Source: Verrucomicrobiota bacterium (GTDB taxonomy: Bacteria; Verrucomicrobiota; Verrucomicrobiia; Opitutales; Cerasicoccaceae). From it: a stretch of 64,000 nt of DNA. The notes beneath the pieces are model-generated. The model did not search any database, was not told the DNA's origin, and saw only the letters and a program-made list of their open reading frames with translations. The stretch spans positions 160,001 through 224,000 of the forward strand of contig JBCBUK010000001.1 in the NCBI GenBank assembly GCA_039818205.1, given 5' to 3'. This document shows positions 41,508-51,295 of the stretch, piece after piece. Position 1 is the stretch's first letter; every line of letters starts with the position of its first letter. A program made the position numbers and the translations under genes.

Positions 41508-42575
41508 ATGATCGACAAGATCCAGGAATACCTCGGCGCAGACGCCGATTCTCTCCTCAACCACGAGTGCAAAACGATCTCCAAGGATCGCATTCACGTG
41601 CCAGGCGGAGATTTCGTCGACCGCATCTTCGCGCAGACGGATCGCAACCAACGCGTACTCAACAACCTGAATTGGATTCTCAACACCGGCCGCCTTGCGA
41701 ACACCGGCTATATGAGCATCCTTCCCGTTGACCAGGGTATCGAGCACAGCGGTGGCGCTTCCTTCGCGAAGAACCCCGACTACTTCGACAGCGAAAACAT
41801 CATTAAGCTGGCAATCGAAGGTGGCTGTAATGCTGTTGCCTCGACTTTCGGCGTTCTCGGTAGCTGCTCCCGTAAGTATGCCCACAAGATTCCTTTCGTC
41901 GTAAAGGTGAACCACAACCAGCTCCTCACCTACCCGAACCAAGCCGACCAAATTATGTTCGGCACCATCGAACAGGCGTTCGACATGGGTGCAGCGGCAA
42001 TCGGTGCAACTATCTATTTCGGTTCTGAAGAGTCCAACCGCCAGATCATCGAAGTGGCTGAAGCATTCTACCGCGCACACGAGCTCGGTATGGCAACCAT
42101 CCTATGGTGCTACACCCGTAACAACGCGTTCAAGAAGGACGGCGTAGACTACCACGTATCCGCTGACCTCACCGGCCAGGCCAACCACCTTGGCGTCACC
42201 ATCGAAGCCGACATCATTAAGCAAAAGCTTCCTGAAAACAACGGTGGCTACAAGGCTCTCAACACCGGTGGATCCAGCTATGGTAAGCTCGACGAGCGCA
42301 TCTACACCGAGCTCACCAGCGACAACCCAATCGACCTGACCCGTTATCAGATCGCCAATTGCTACATGGGCCGTCAGCCACTCATCAACTCTGGTGGCGC
42401 GTCGGGTGACAACGATTTCGGTGATGCCGTTAAGACTGCCGTTATCAACAAGCGTGCAGGTGGTGCCGGCCTCATCTCCGGTCGTAAGGCATTCCAACGT
42501 CCAATCGACGAAGGTGCCAAGCTCTTGCAGACTATCCAAGACGTCTACCTCTGCGACGACGTCACCATCGCCTAA
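41508..42575 (+). CDS. fbaB: Class I fructose-bisphosphate aldolase
   Basis: [42 protein letters not shown]. Confidence 0.97.
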   Translation: MIDKIQEYLGADADSLLNHECKTISKDRIHVPGGDFVDRIFAQTDRNQRVLNNLNWILNTGRLANTGYMSILPVDQGIEHSGGASFAKNPDYFDSENIIKLAIEGGCNAVASTFGVLGSCSRKYAHKIPFVVKVNHNQLLTYPNQADQIMFGTIEQAFDMGAAAIGATIYFGSEESNRQIIEVAEAFYRAHELGMATILWCYTRNNAFKKDGVDYHVSADLTGQANHLGVTIEADIIKQKLPENNGGYKALNTGGSSYGKLDERIYTELTSDNPIDLTRYQIANCYMGRQPLINSGGASGDNDFGDAVKTAVINKRAGGAGLISGRKAFQRPIDEGAKLLQTIQDVYLCDDVTIA

Positions 42576-42661
42576 CCAACCTCCGGTTGGATCGGTGGAT
42601 GCGGCATTGCCGGCAACGTGCCGTTGCATCCAATTTGTTTAGCAAACATAGATTTCAAACC

Positions 42662-42691
42662 AAAACCGTCGGGACACCCCGGCGGTTTTTT
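42662..42691 (+). terminator. Intrinsic terminator of fbaB
   Basis: aaaaccgtcggg-acac-cccggcggtttttt. Confidence 0.75.
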
Positions 42692-42862
42692 CATTTCCCG
42701 CATTCAATGACTGGATCCAACGGCACGTTGGTTCGAACTCTGCGGGTACTCAATTGCAATGGGCTACATCTTTGCTGAGTAAAACAACATGTCTCCGGCT
42801 AAACACCGAAACATAAATAAAATTGACTTTTACTATTTTTACTATTCAAAAAAATAATACGT

Positions 42863-43462
42863 ATGAAATCTACTGCTTTTGCCTCATTGCTTTTGTCTGC
42901 CGCCTCCGCTCAGGCCGCTTTAGTATTCAACGTCATTGAGGCCGGTGGAAACGTCATTATTGATACAACTGGTGGAACAATCAACACAACGGCCCTGGTC
43001 CCAAACGGTAGCGTAAGTCTTGCCTCTCTGGTAGCTCCAAACATTGCATTTTTTACCGCCGGAGGCGACGCACCAGTTGATTTTTATGCAGGTACCACAG
43101 GACCAACTACATATGGCACTGGAAATGGCCGTGTGCCGAGTAGTACAGTTGGCACGCTTGTCGGGGCTCTTGGCGGTTCCACAGAAATAATTGTACCTGC
43201 CGGATATGCTTCTGGATTTCCAATTGCCGCAGCGAGTTCGACTTACATTGGACAGACCTTTGCTAGCCTCGGGATGACTCCGGGCTCGTATGTTTGGACC
43301 TGGGGCGTTGGTCCAAGCGCTGACAGCGTTACGCTCAACGTCGGCCCACTTGCAGTCGCTATCCCCGAACCATCGACCTACATCGCCATCGCGGGCATCC
43401 TTGGCCTCGGCGCATTCGTCGCCATTCGCCGCCGCAAGCGCCAACGTGCCGTTGGATCCTAG
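42863..43462 (+). CDS. PEP-CTERM sorting-domain protein
   Basis: Signal peptide; TFASLGMTPGSYVWTWG; IPEPSTYIA...RRRKR. Confidence 0.9.
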   Translation: MKSTAFASLLLSAASAQAALVFNVIEAGGNVIIDTTGGTINTTALVPNGSVSLASLVAPNIAFFTAGGDAPVDFYAGTTGPTTYGTGNGRVPSSTVGTLVGALGGSTEIIVPAGYASGFPIAAASSTYIGQTFASLGMTPGSYVWTWGVGPSADSVTLNVGPLAVAIPEPSTYIAIAGILGLGAFVAIRRRKRQRAVGS

Positions 43463-43723
43463 TCAACCTCCGGTTGGATCGATGAAGGTGTCAATCGAGC
43501 ATTCTCAATCGCTCAGCATACGGATTGATCACCTACACACTCCGGCCCTGTTTAGTAACGGGCCATTTACCTTATTTTGTAACCAATCGTGTACTAGATC
43601 GTAAAAACGGATTGAATCAAGGAATAACCCTAGTGATAGTTACTCAACTTATTGATCCTGAAGACTGCTGCTAATCAATAAATTGTATCGCCTAACAAAC
43701 TGGGCCAACAACTACTATCACCC

Positions 43724-46700
43724 ATGAAAACAAATCGCCTCCTACCGTGTGGGTTCGCTTGCGCTATCCTTGTTTTAGCACATTCGCTCAATGCCCTCAC
43801 CTACCCAGAATGGGTAGGGGCTACCAATCTCCCAACGAACCAATCTGCACCGAATCAGAACCCAGACGGCGACCCCTACAATAATGGGCTCGAATATGTG
43901 TTCGGTACCGACCCACTCGTTGCGGATTCAGCAGAAATCGTGGGCCCCTACATCCGTGATATTGGCGGGGCACGTCACTTCTCTTACATGATCAACAACG
44001 ACCTCGATGCGGAAACCAGGGTCATGTATGAAAACTCCACTGATCTCGCACCCAATGGCTGGTTCTCCAAGGCCTTAACCGCTCAAGGTGGCACGGACCC
44101 CAACTACCCCAACTCAACGCGCTACAACGAAATCATCGACCAGAATGATCCACGTAACTTTTATCGCCTGACATTCATAATTGATTACAGCCCAACGCTG
44201 GAGGCAAAGATCGAAGTCGCCGTCAACGCAAGTGAAACCTGGGACGGTTTATCGGGCGGTCTCCCGCCGATCACTAAGGCCTATATCTATCAGAAAATGC
44301 CGGTGGTAACCAATACCACGAACGAAGACGTCAGCCGCTACCCTCGGGTAATTGGAGCTGATCAGGCAGGAACGACGCCAAACTTTGAGCAGGACTATTT
44401 TGGCAACGGCGTCCGTGCACCCATCCGCAACTGGATGGGATGGTTTCTGTGGGGTAATGGGATGCCACCACCCGAACGCACCGCTGGTTATCCTTACAAC
44501 TGGGATGGCCCAATATCAGAGGACTGGGATTTTTACGCCTGGCAGTTTACCGATCCCGAGAACCTCCGCACAACCGGCAAATGGCGCCCAGTCCGAGTCG
44601 ACCAACAGCCGCTATACATGCATCCGCTGCGCCTCAACTACAATTGGGCACCAGGGCGCTTCGGCTACGAAGCCCAACCCATGCAGCATTTCCCCGGCGA
44701 AGCAAAATTTTGGAAAGATAAGAATATTGTCCGCGGAGTGAATCTTTCACCGAACTATCCTTACTTCATTCAATACGGAAATCGGATCCAAGAAGCCGAT
44801 GTCCCAAATTACCCGGACTCCTGGCGCGAGCAATGGCTACGGATGAAACTGCGTCCACTTGAAACCCTCGTCCTCGTGCCATCGGTATTGCCCCCGACCG
44901 ATCTAAACGACGACGGCGAATACCTGCTAGGCCAAGGCATCTGGAACCGCGTCGCCGACAATGATTACGAAGTCTTCCCCTACCCGGTCTTTAACTCGGA
45001 GACATCCCCCAAAGACCAGACTCCCTATGGCATCTTGACCGACCGCATCGGAGACTGGCATGCCGACCTGGTGTTCGAAGGCGGACACCCACGGCTCACC
45101 AATTACGATCCCGTGCGCTACTTCCGCACGCGCTTCAGCGAAATGGCTGACGGTAATTATTTGAAGATGACTGTCGCCCAGGGTTCACCGTTCGTCTGGT
45201 GCGAGTTCGCGGCGACTCGTGCAGCTCCTAGCGACCGGGATCGCTACATGATCTTCTACAACTTGATTCGTCTGAACCTGGAGGGTGCTATCGACAACAA
45301 CGGTGGCTACCAATTCCCGGACGGAGGCAAAACCGTCCCAGGCACTGATGCCGAAACGCTTGCGGGTGGTCCCTGGGAAGTGCCTGGTGTTGATGGCGTC
45401 AGCTATGTCCTCCTCTACGGAAATCAAAACAATCCCAACCAATGGTTCATGGAAGTTGAGCCCGAGTATGGGAAAGTGCCCGACCCGCAGCAAAAGGACA
45501 ATTTTGTGCCTGGCGGTTTCAATCAACCTGGCGATCAAGACAACCACACCTACTTTGCGATATTTTACCGCACCGATTCGGTTGAGCCGGTCACGCTGGG
45601 TAGTGGCGGCGCAAACTCCGCTGACAACAACGGAACCGACGCCCAGGGCAACCCATACTTCTTCCTAAAATTTAAGGAAGACGACCCGACCTACATTGCG
45701 ACCAAGAAAAACTGGTTCGTCGTCGGCCAAGTGCCCGTCATGCGCTATTATCATACCGATGTCGCGCGCGACGATCGGGCTGCACTCGACCAAGCAGCAA
45801 AAGACTGGGCAGACGAGATGGGCAAATACGCCTTCAACTTCCTCACCGAAACGAAGGTCGAATACTCGGTTACAAACATGAACCGCGTCGACTCACTGTT
45901 CGATGCCACCTATGCAAACCCCTACGAAGAAGCCGGCGCGACCAATGCCGCTGCCATGACTGCTGACGGGAAATCGGTGTGGGCACTTTTTCCTCACCAC
46001 TATCAGCCACTTACTCTCGGACCGGACCTGACTAAGTCGTCTCGAGATCAAGTGGTCTGGGAGCCACTCCAAACCGCCGGGATAGACTTCCCGTCCATCA
46101 CCGGTGCGCCCAACGCCAACAAGAGCACTCCCTCGACCAATTCACGTTGGGATTACTGGCATCCACGAGGCAACCTCAAGTCCGTCATCACGGACGACTT
46201 TGAACTGGCTTATCCTTTCCAAAATTTCTTACCCGCAATGCCTGAGCCCAAATGGGACACTAAATACCGGCAGTCGGGCATTCAATACCTCACACTGGCC
46301 AACGTCGCTGGCTACGAACAAATCACCGACACGGTTCAGGCAACAATTGTCGACAAACGGCCCGACAAACAGGGTGTCGGAGCCTCATTCGAGGTTCTAC
46401 TCGAACCATTCACGGGACGTATTCTGCAAGTTGATGTCATTAACAAGGGCCACGGCTATCCGATCGGTGAGCCTCCACCGACAGACCTTGTCGAGCTCGT
46501 CATTGACCCGCCAGCTGTGCCATTGGACCAAGGTGGTCGCCAGGCAAAAGCACGCATGCAGATTAATGGTGAAGGCCAAGTGTTAGCGGTATTCATGGAC
46601 GACAAAGGCGCGGGTTATCGCACCACAATTCAGGTCACCCAACCGGGTAATCCGAACGTCGAACCCGCAATCATCGAACCAAAATTTGATGGCAACCAGC

Positions 46701-49700
46701 GCATGATCGCGGGACCAGCCACCATCATCTCGGGTGGTTCCGGCTACGACTTTTCGCAACCGTTCACGACTCAGATCATCGGCAAGAAAGTCGGAACGGA
46801 AGAACCGATCATCACCATCTCAAAACCCGGTGAAATTTACGGCATCACCAACACTGGAATCGGTGGATTCGACGCCACGGGCTCCTATCCACTCATCAAT
46901 GATAGCTTGGAAGACACCGCTGCAAACATCGTGGCCGAACTACCGCCGCCTCCCGGCGGTGGCTCCGCTCCCGAGCTTGAGGTCTCCCTTGTAAACCTCA
47001 ACGCACTCTTGGGAGTCGCCATATTTGACCAAGGAAGCTATACGACCAAGCCAACGCGTGCCTATTACATCGACGATGATGATATTGAACAAACCCTGCA
47101 GGGAATGGAGTTCATCGAAGACGCCGTTAACGGCACGTTCCACCTTGTCCACCTTAGGAACCCGCTCACACCAACAAAGGTCTCAACCCGCAAACCGGTC
47201 GTATTCGAAGGCGGCACTGGCGACGCTGCCGAAGCCTATGCTTACCCAGCAACTACGATCAGCGGAATCTCGATTAAGCCAGGCACCGCCGATGATGTCT
47301 TCTATCCACAATCGGTAGACGTCGCCATCTCCGGCGGCAACATTGGCCCAGGCGCGAACTTCGAAATGCCCGAGTTCGACCTTAGTGTGGGCAACGATGG
47401 CAAACTAGTTTTGAATGGGTTCAAAGACGGCAAAATTGGCAAAGGCTTCAATCAAACCGCAAAATTCTTTGTCTACGGCGGCCGCGGTAAAGATGCCGCG
47501 ATGCTACCGACGGTCGATGAGTCTGGCACCATTACAAGTATCGACATCCTCCGCCCAGGAACCAACTACCCAGTTGGGGCTGTCAACGCAGTCATACGAA
47601 GTGGTTCTGGAGGCTCCGGCGCCGAACTCCAAATCAATGTCAACTCAACTGGCACGACGCCTGAAGATCGGTTCATCGAATCCGTATCCATCATCAACGG
47701 CGGCACTGGCTACAGCGCGAGCGATACCGTGGAACTACTGCAGAATGTTGGCCTAAACAAGACAGCATCGCCACCTCGCGGCGCTTACGCCCGCATCGTC
47801 GCCGAACCGAATGGAAGTGGAGGTCTCGAGAATCCAGCAATCCTAAACAACCTAGCTCAGGAAGGCTACTTCCCGGGGTTTGGTGGGACGACCAACGATC
47901 AATCGGGCCGTTTCTACCTCGCCTATGATTCCACCACCAACGATCCTGGCAACAACGATACAACCAATCAGCAAGTGCTCTCACCGCCGTCCCAAGGGGC
48001 TGGATTCGTCACTAGTTTGGTGCCGCAGGAGATCAACGTAGAGCAAGTTCTATACGACAATACGATCGGCCAATACCAAACCAGCATGTCCCATGGCGTG
48101 CGACCATTCGGCGGTGCCTTTGGAGGTGCCACCGCACCCGACGGTTATGGTCTTGGCAATCAGCTTTCGCGGACGGTAAAGGATGTCAACGTGCTCTACC
48201 ACTTGTCTCAGGCTTATCCCAACGGTAAACCAAGCGTCACTCCAAGCAAGTGGGCATTCAATGCTGGGCGAACCCCGTATATTCCGCCGCCTTACAATGT
48301 GGATCCCACAAAAGCGCCGCAACCAACCTACGAAGAAGGCCTGCCGATTCTGGCGGCGCACAATCCAATCTACTCCCTTCAGAATGGGTTGAAGACTTCG
48401 GTTCAAATGATGCAGCGGACCCTGACCCTGCTTCACTATTGCGATGATGAGGGCCGCCCCTACCACAATAACCCAACGGACGATCTCGTCTGGAAGATGG
48501 ATTATTTCTCATCCTACGACATCAATGCTGGGCGTATCCTGATAAACCCGAGTTCAACCATTCCAGTTGACGGTGTGGTGAGCTCTTACTTTGACCCGCC
48601 AGCACCCGACCCGGCAGACAACCAAAAGCAAGGGCTCCTCAAATGGGAACCTGGCAAACTGTGGAGTGGCTTCGGCGTTTCTGATCAATGGAACGACCAG
48701 CACTATTTCTTCGGTTATTACCTAGGCGTTGCCGGATGGGCAGCCATGTTTGATCACTCTTGGGACCCGAACATAGCGGGACGCCCAGACAAGCTCTGGT
48801 CCGACCAAGGAACCCTGGCGACCGATATCATGCCCGACAGCGACGGCATGGGTACTGCGCTCGATCAGTGGTTCCTCTCGGTGGCAAACGATCCCGACAA
48901 CGAGGCGCTGCAGAATGCCGTTTATAAAGTGCCTGAGTTCACCTACCAAAAGTTGCCCTTTATCGACCAATGGACCGGACATGGGTGGGCAACTGGAGCA
49001 CAGCCAGGCCCAGCAGGCGCCGTGCTCGATGTGGATGTCCCCTGGGCAATCGCGCAATCATCGGGAACCTCGAACTTCAAGTTTGGTGAGGAAAATGAAA
49101 ACTCCGTCTGGGAAGGCCTGCAGGCCTTCAGCGCCGCGATCCTCTGGGGTGCGGGAACGGATCGCAAACCGCTCATGGACGTCGGAGTCTACATGCTCGC
49201 AACGGGCATGGCCGCAAACGACATCTACTTTGCCGACAAGAACTATAACCTCACTGAGTCCGATAAAAACCAATTCTCTTGGGTGCCCGTGACCACCATC
49301 GCATCGAAGGATCTACCACTCGACCAGAATGGCGGAAACCTTGGTTTTAAGATCAACTCAAGCTTTGTCACGGCGGTGAATCCGCAATACTACATCGCGC
49401 CAGATTACTTTGGCGGTGAAGCCTCGACGGGCATTTCTCTAATCCGGAAATATGGGCCGACCTTGAACAACTTCTTCTACGCCTTCCCGACGGGCACGAA
49501 GTTCATCACAGCCTACCCGCCAGCGGCATGGACCATGGGGCTCTCCCGCAATAGCGACTACATGCGCGCCTGGGCTGGAGCGATGATGCAGCAGGACTGG
49601 ACGGACGCCAAAAACTCAGCTCTCTACCAAGGCGGAAACTGGGTCGGCATGGCGTTGACCTCAGCAATGTCGGGCGTCCCCTATAACCCAGGTGACCTAC

Positions 49701-50146
49701 CACTCAACGAGGCCGGCACCGCGCTCAAGCCAGGGTTTGAACCGTATGTTGATCGCTTATATGCCAGCTGGACATCGCTCACGAGTTTAGCCGGTGCCAA
49801 GGCACAGCTTCAACCGGCATTCAGCTCCACCTCGATCCTTCACTTCCTGCACTCGCTCGATGCCTGGGGGACACCGGACTGGACCTACTGGGGACGCGCG
49901 ACCAATGACAGTGGTGCCAACGACAACACCTCAATGGTGTTAATGGCCGCGATGTCGAAACTCTCTGAGGACGGCACCCAGGTCGAGACCACCTTCTTTG
50001 CCTTCAATCCCGGATGGGAAGACCGCTACTGCGTGTTCGATCGCCTCGGTGGAGACGGCTCAATTGCCGATCCCAACGTATCAGGTGTGCTGACGATCAA
50101 GCCAAAGCAAATGGCCAAAAAGACGATAACGTTCGATATCCAGTAA
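43724..50146 (+). CDS. Giant secreted GH81 (endo-beta-1,3-glucanase)-like protein with a ~580-aa repeat insertion
   Basis: GSPFVW, NFLPAMP, DGYGLGNQLSR, WNDQHYFFGYY, FIDQWTGHGWATG and ENSVWEG..AFSAAILWG correspond in order to GH81 motifs. Confidence 0.65.
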   Translation: MKTNRLLPCGFACAILVLAHSLNALTYPEWVGATNLPTNQSAPNQNPDGDPYNNGLEYVFGTDPLVADSAEIVGPYIRDIGGARHFSYMINNDLDAETRVMYENSTDLAPNGWFSKALTAQGGTDPNYPNSTRYNEIIDQNDPRNFYRLTFIIDYSPTLEAKIEVAVNASETWDGLSGGLPPITKAYIYQKMPVVTNTTNEDVSRYPRVIGADQAGTTPNFEQDYFGNGVRAPIRNWMGWFLWGNGMPPPERTAGYPYNWDGPISEDWDFYAWQFTDPENLRTTGKWRPVRVDQQPLYMHPLRLNYNWAPGRFGYEAQPMQHFPGEAKFWKDKNIVRGVNLSPNYPYFIQYGNRIQEADVPNYPDSWREQWLRMKLRPLETLVLVPSVLPPTDLNDDGEYLLGQGIWNRVADNDYEVFPYPVFNSETSPKDQTPYGILTDRIGDWHADLVFEGGHPRLTNYDPVRYFRTRFSEMADGNYLKMTVAQGSPFVWCEFAATRAAPSDRDRYMIFYNLIRLNLEGAIDNNGGYQFPDGGKTVPGTDAETLAGGPWEVPGVDGVSYVLLYGNQNNPNQWFMEVEPEYGKVPDPQQKDNFVPGGFNQPGDQDNHTYFAIFYRTDSVEPVTLGSGGANSADNNGTDAQGNPYFFLKFKEDDPTYIATKKNWFVVGQVPVMRYYHTDVARDDRAALDQAAKDWADEMGKYAFNFLTETKVEYSVTNMNRVDSLFDATYANPYEEAGATNAAAMTADGKSVWALFPHHYQPLTLGPDLTKSSRDQVVWEPLQTAGIDFPSITGAPNANKSTPSTNSRWDYWHPRGNLKSVITDDFELAYPFQNFLPAMPEPKWDTKYRQSGIQYLTLANVAGYEQITDTVQATIVDKRPDKQGVGASFEVLLEPFTGRILQVDVINKGHGYPIGEPPPTDLVELVIDPPAVPLDQGGRQAKARMQINGEGQVLAVFMDDKGAGYRTTIQVTQPGNPNVEPAIIEPKFDGNQRMIAGPATIISGGSGYDFSQPFTTQIIGKKVGTEEPIITISKPGEIYGITNTGIGGFDATGSYPLINDSLEDTAANIVAELPPPPGGGSAPELEVSLVNLNALLGVAIFDQGSYTTKPTRAYYIDDDDIEQTLQGMEFIEDAVNGTFHLVHLRNPLTPTKVSTRKPVVFEGGTGDAAEAYAYPATTISGISIKPGTADDVFYPQSVDVAISGGNIGPGANFEMPEFDLSVGNDGKLVLNGFKDGKIGKGFNQTAKFFVYGGRGKDAAMLPTVDESGTITSIDILRPGTNYPVGAVNAVIRSGSGGSGAELQINVNSTGTTPEDRFIESVSIINGGTGYSASDTVELLQNVGLNKTASPPRGAYARIVAEPNGSGGLENPAILNNLAQEGYFPGFGGTTNDQSGRFYLAYDSTTNDPGNNDTTNQQVLSPPSQGAGFVTSLVPQEINVEQVLYDNTIGQYQTSMSHGVRPFGGAFGGATAPDGYGLGNQLSRTVKDVNVLYHLSQAYPNGKPSVTPSKWAFNAGRTPYIPPPYNVDPTKAPQPTYEEGLPILAAHNPIYSLQNGLKTSVQMMQRTLTLLHYCDDEGRPYHNNPTDDLVWKMDYFSSYDINAGRILINPSSTIPVDGVVSSYFDPPAPDPADNQKQGLLKWEPGKLWSGFGVSDQWNDQHYFFGYYLGVAGWAAMFDHSWDPNIAGRPDKLWSDQGTLATDIMPDSDGMGTALDQWFLSVANDPDNEALQNAVYKVPEFTYQKLPFIDQWTGHGWATGAQPGPAGAVLDVDVPWAIAQSSGTSNFKFGEENENSVWEGLQAFSAAILWGAGTDRKPLMDVGVYMLATGMAANDIYFADKNYNLTESDKNQFSWVPVTTIASKDLPLDQNGGNLGFKINSSFVTAVNPQYYIAPDYFGGEASTGISLIRKYGPTLNNFFYAFPTGTKFITAYPPAAWTMGLSRNSDYMRAWAGAMMQQDWTDAKNSALYQGGNWVGMALTSAMSGVPYNPGDLPLNEAGTALKPGFEPYVDRLYASWTSLTSLAGAKAQLQPAFSSTSILHFLHSLDAWGTPDWTYWGRATNDSGANDNTSMVLMAAMSKLSEDGTQVETTFFAFNPGWEDRYCVFDRLGGDGSIADPNVSGVLTIKPKQMAKKTITFDIQ

Positions 50147-50168
50147 TCGTCTCGATCGAAATCGATTT

Positions 50169-50202
50169 TAAAGCGGCCAAGGTGAAATCCTGGCCGCTTT
50201 TT
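50169..50202. terminator. Bidirectional terminator
   Basis: aaagcggccaagg-tgaaat-cctggccgctttt between convergent genes. Confidence 0.75.
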
Positions 50203-50207
50203 ATTTT

Positions 50208-50876
50208 CTAGCAAATCACCTTCTTTGCGTGAAAGCGGCGGCGGATTACCAATCCCAACAAACCAATCATTCCGATTGAAGCGACGATCACCGCCGGCTC
50301 CGGCACCGCTGCCACAGGAGCCACGACATCCACATCAATGCGATCACCAGTGCCCAGTGTCACCAGCGTGTAGTTTCCAGGAATCAGACGAAGGTCGTTG
50401 AAATCGACCCCTGGATAAAGGGCACTCCCAAATATCGGCGCATTTGGAACATAGCTCTCTGGTAAGAAGAGGAACATTCCAGGATCATTCACGATGATCC
50501 CAACGGCTGCGACACCGGCAATCGAATTTACCCGCGGAACCGCAACCGAGTTATCATGAAATAGGCTGGAAGCCGGAGGAGTAAATGGAATGTTCAATTG
50601 CGATGACATAGAACCATCACCGGTAAAAAAATCAACCTGGCCGCCAGCGGTTCCCTCCGTATATCCGTCAACCAGAACAGTATTTCCAAATGTAAATATG
50701 CCTGTGGTATCGAGTGTCCCGGCAGCAATTAACGATACATTCCCTCCAGACTCAGTGAAGGTTAAGGTTAATACAGCATTGGCATTGGTCAATAGGCTCA
50801 TGCCTAGCACAAGGCCAAGCAGGTTTCGACAAGTATTATGAGCTGCACTTGCCAGCAGCGGACGCAAACCGATCAT
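50208..50876 (-). CDS. PEP-CTERM protein, distant paralog of 42863-43462
   Basis: LTLTFTESGGNV, LRLIPGNY, VPEPAVIV...RRR. Confidence 0.8.
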   Translation of the reverse strand: MIGLRPLLASAAHNTCRNLLGLVLGMSLLTNANAVLTLTFTESGGNVSLIAAGTLDTTGIFTFGNTVLVDGYTEGTAGGQVDFFTGDGSMSSQLNIPFTPPASSLFHDNSVAVPRVNSIAGVAAVGIIVNDPGMFLFLPESYVPNAPIFGSALYPGVDFNDLRLIPGNYTLVTLGTGDRIDVDVVAPVAAVPEPAVIVASIGMIGLLGLVIRRRFHAKKVIC

Positions 50877-51295
50877 TAAGAATAGGTATTTGGATTGTAG
50901 TGGATTGGGCTGAGGCCAAAAGAATGCGCGGCAAATCGATCGGATGTCTCAGATTCATACACGCTGTTAAATCTGAGCTACCTTCATTGGCACCGCGGTC
51001 AAATAGCGACCCCACAACAGGACATAGACTATCCAATCTAGTTGAAATAACAAGGGACCCTAATCCGTCTATTTATATAGTTTTCAGTAATTGCCATTGG
51101 TTATTAATAACAATTTACCAATACCAATAAGAGCCCGTTTCGGTTTACCTACGCAAAGATCATTGATCCCATGCCTGAAGCTTCGCCCAACGCTTCCGAT
51201 TCCAATTGATGCGTTTTTTGTCATTTCAATCCTGACGTACTCGTGTATCTACTGGTCGGAAACACCAAGATTGTTAAGCAACAGCGATCCCAACC

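Larger units (their letters stand above)
42576..43481. repeat. Five copies of a short palindromic REP-like motif CAAC-N5-GTTG-GATC
   Basis: Copies at 42576-42594, 42614-42631 (degenerate), 42713-42731 (reverse), 43441-43459 and 43464-43481. Confidence 0.8.

Noticed and set aside
41415..42629. Long antisense ORFs over fbaB
   Set aside because: Shadow ORFs expected from the strong codon bias of a highly expressed gene.
42576..43481. CRISPR array interpretation of the short repeats
   Set aside because: Repeats are 17-19 bp, in mixed orientation, irregularly spaced, and no cas genes are present.
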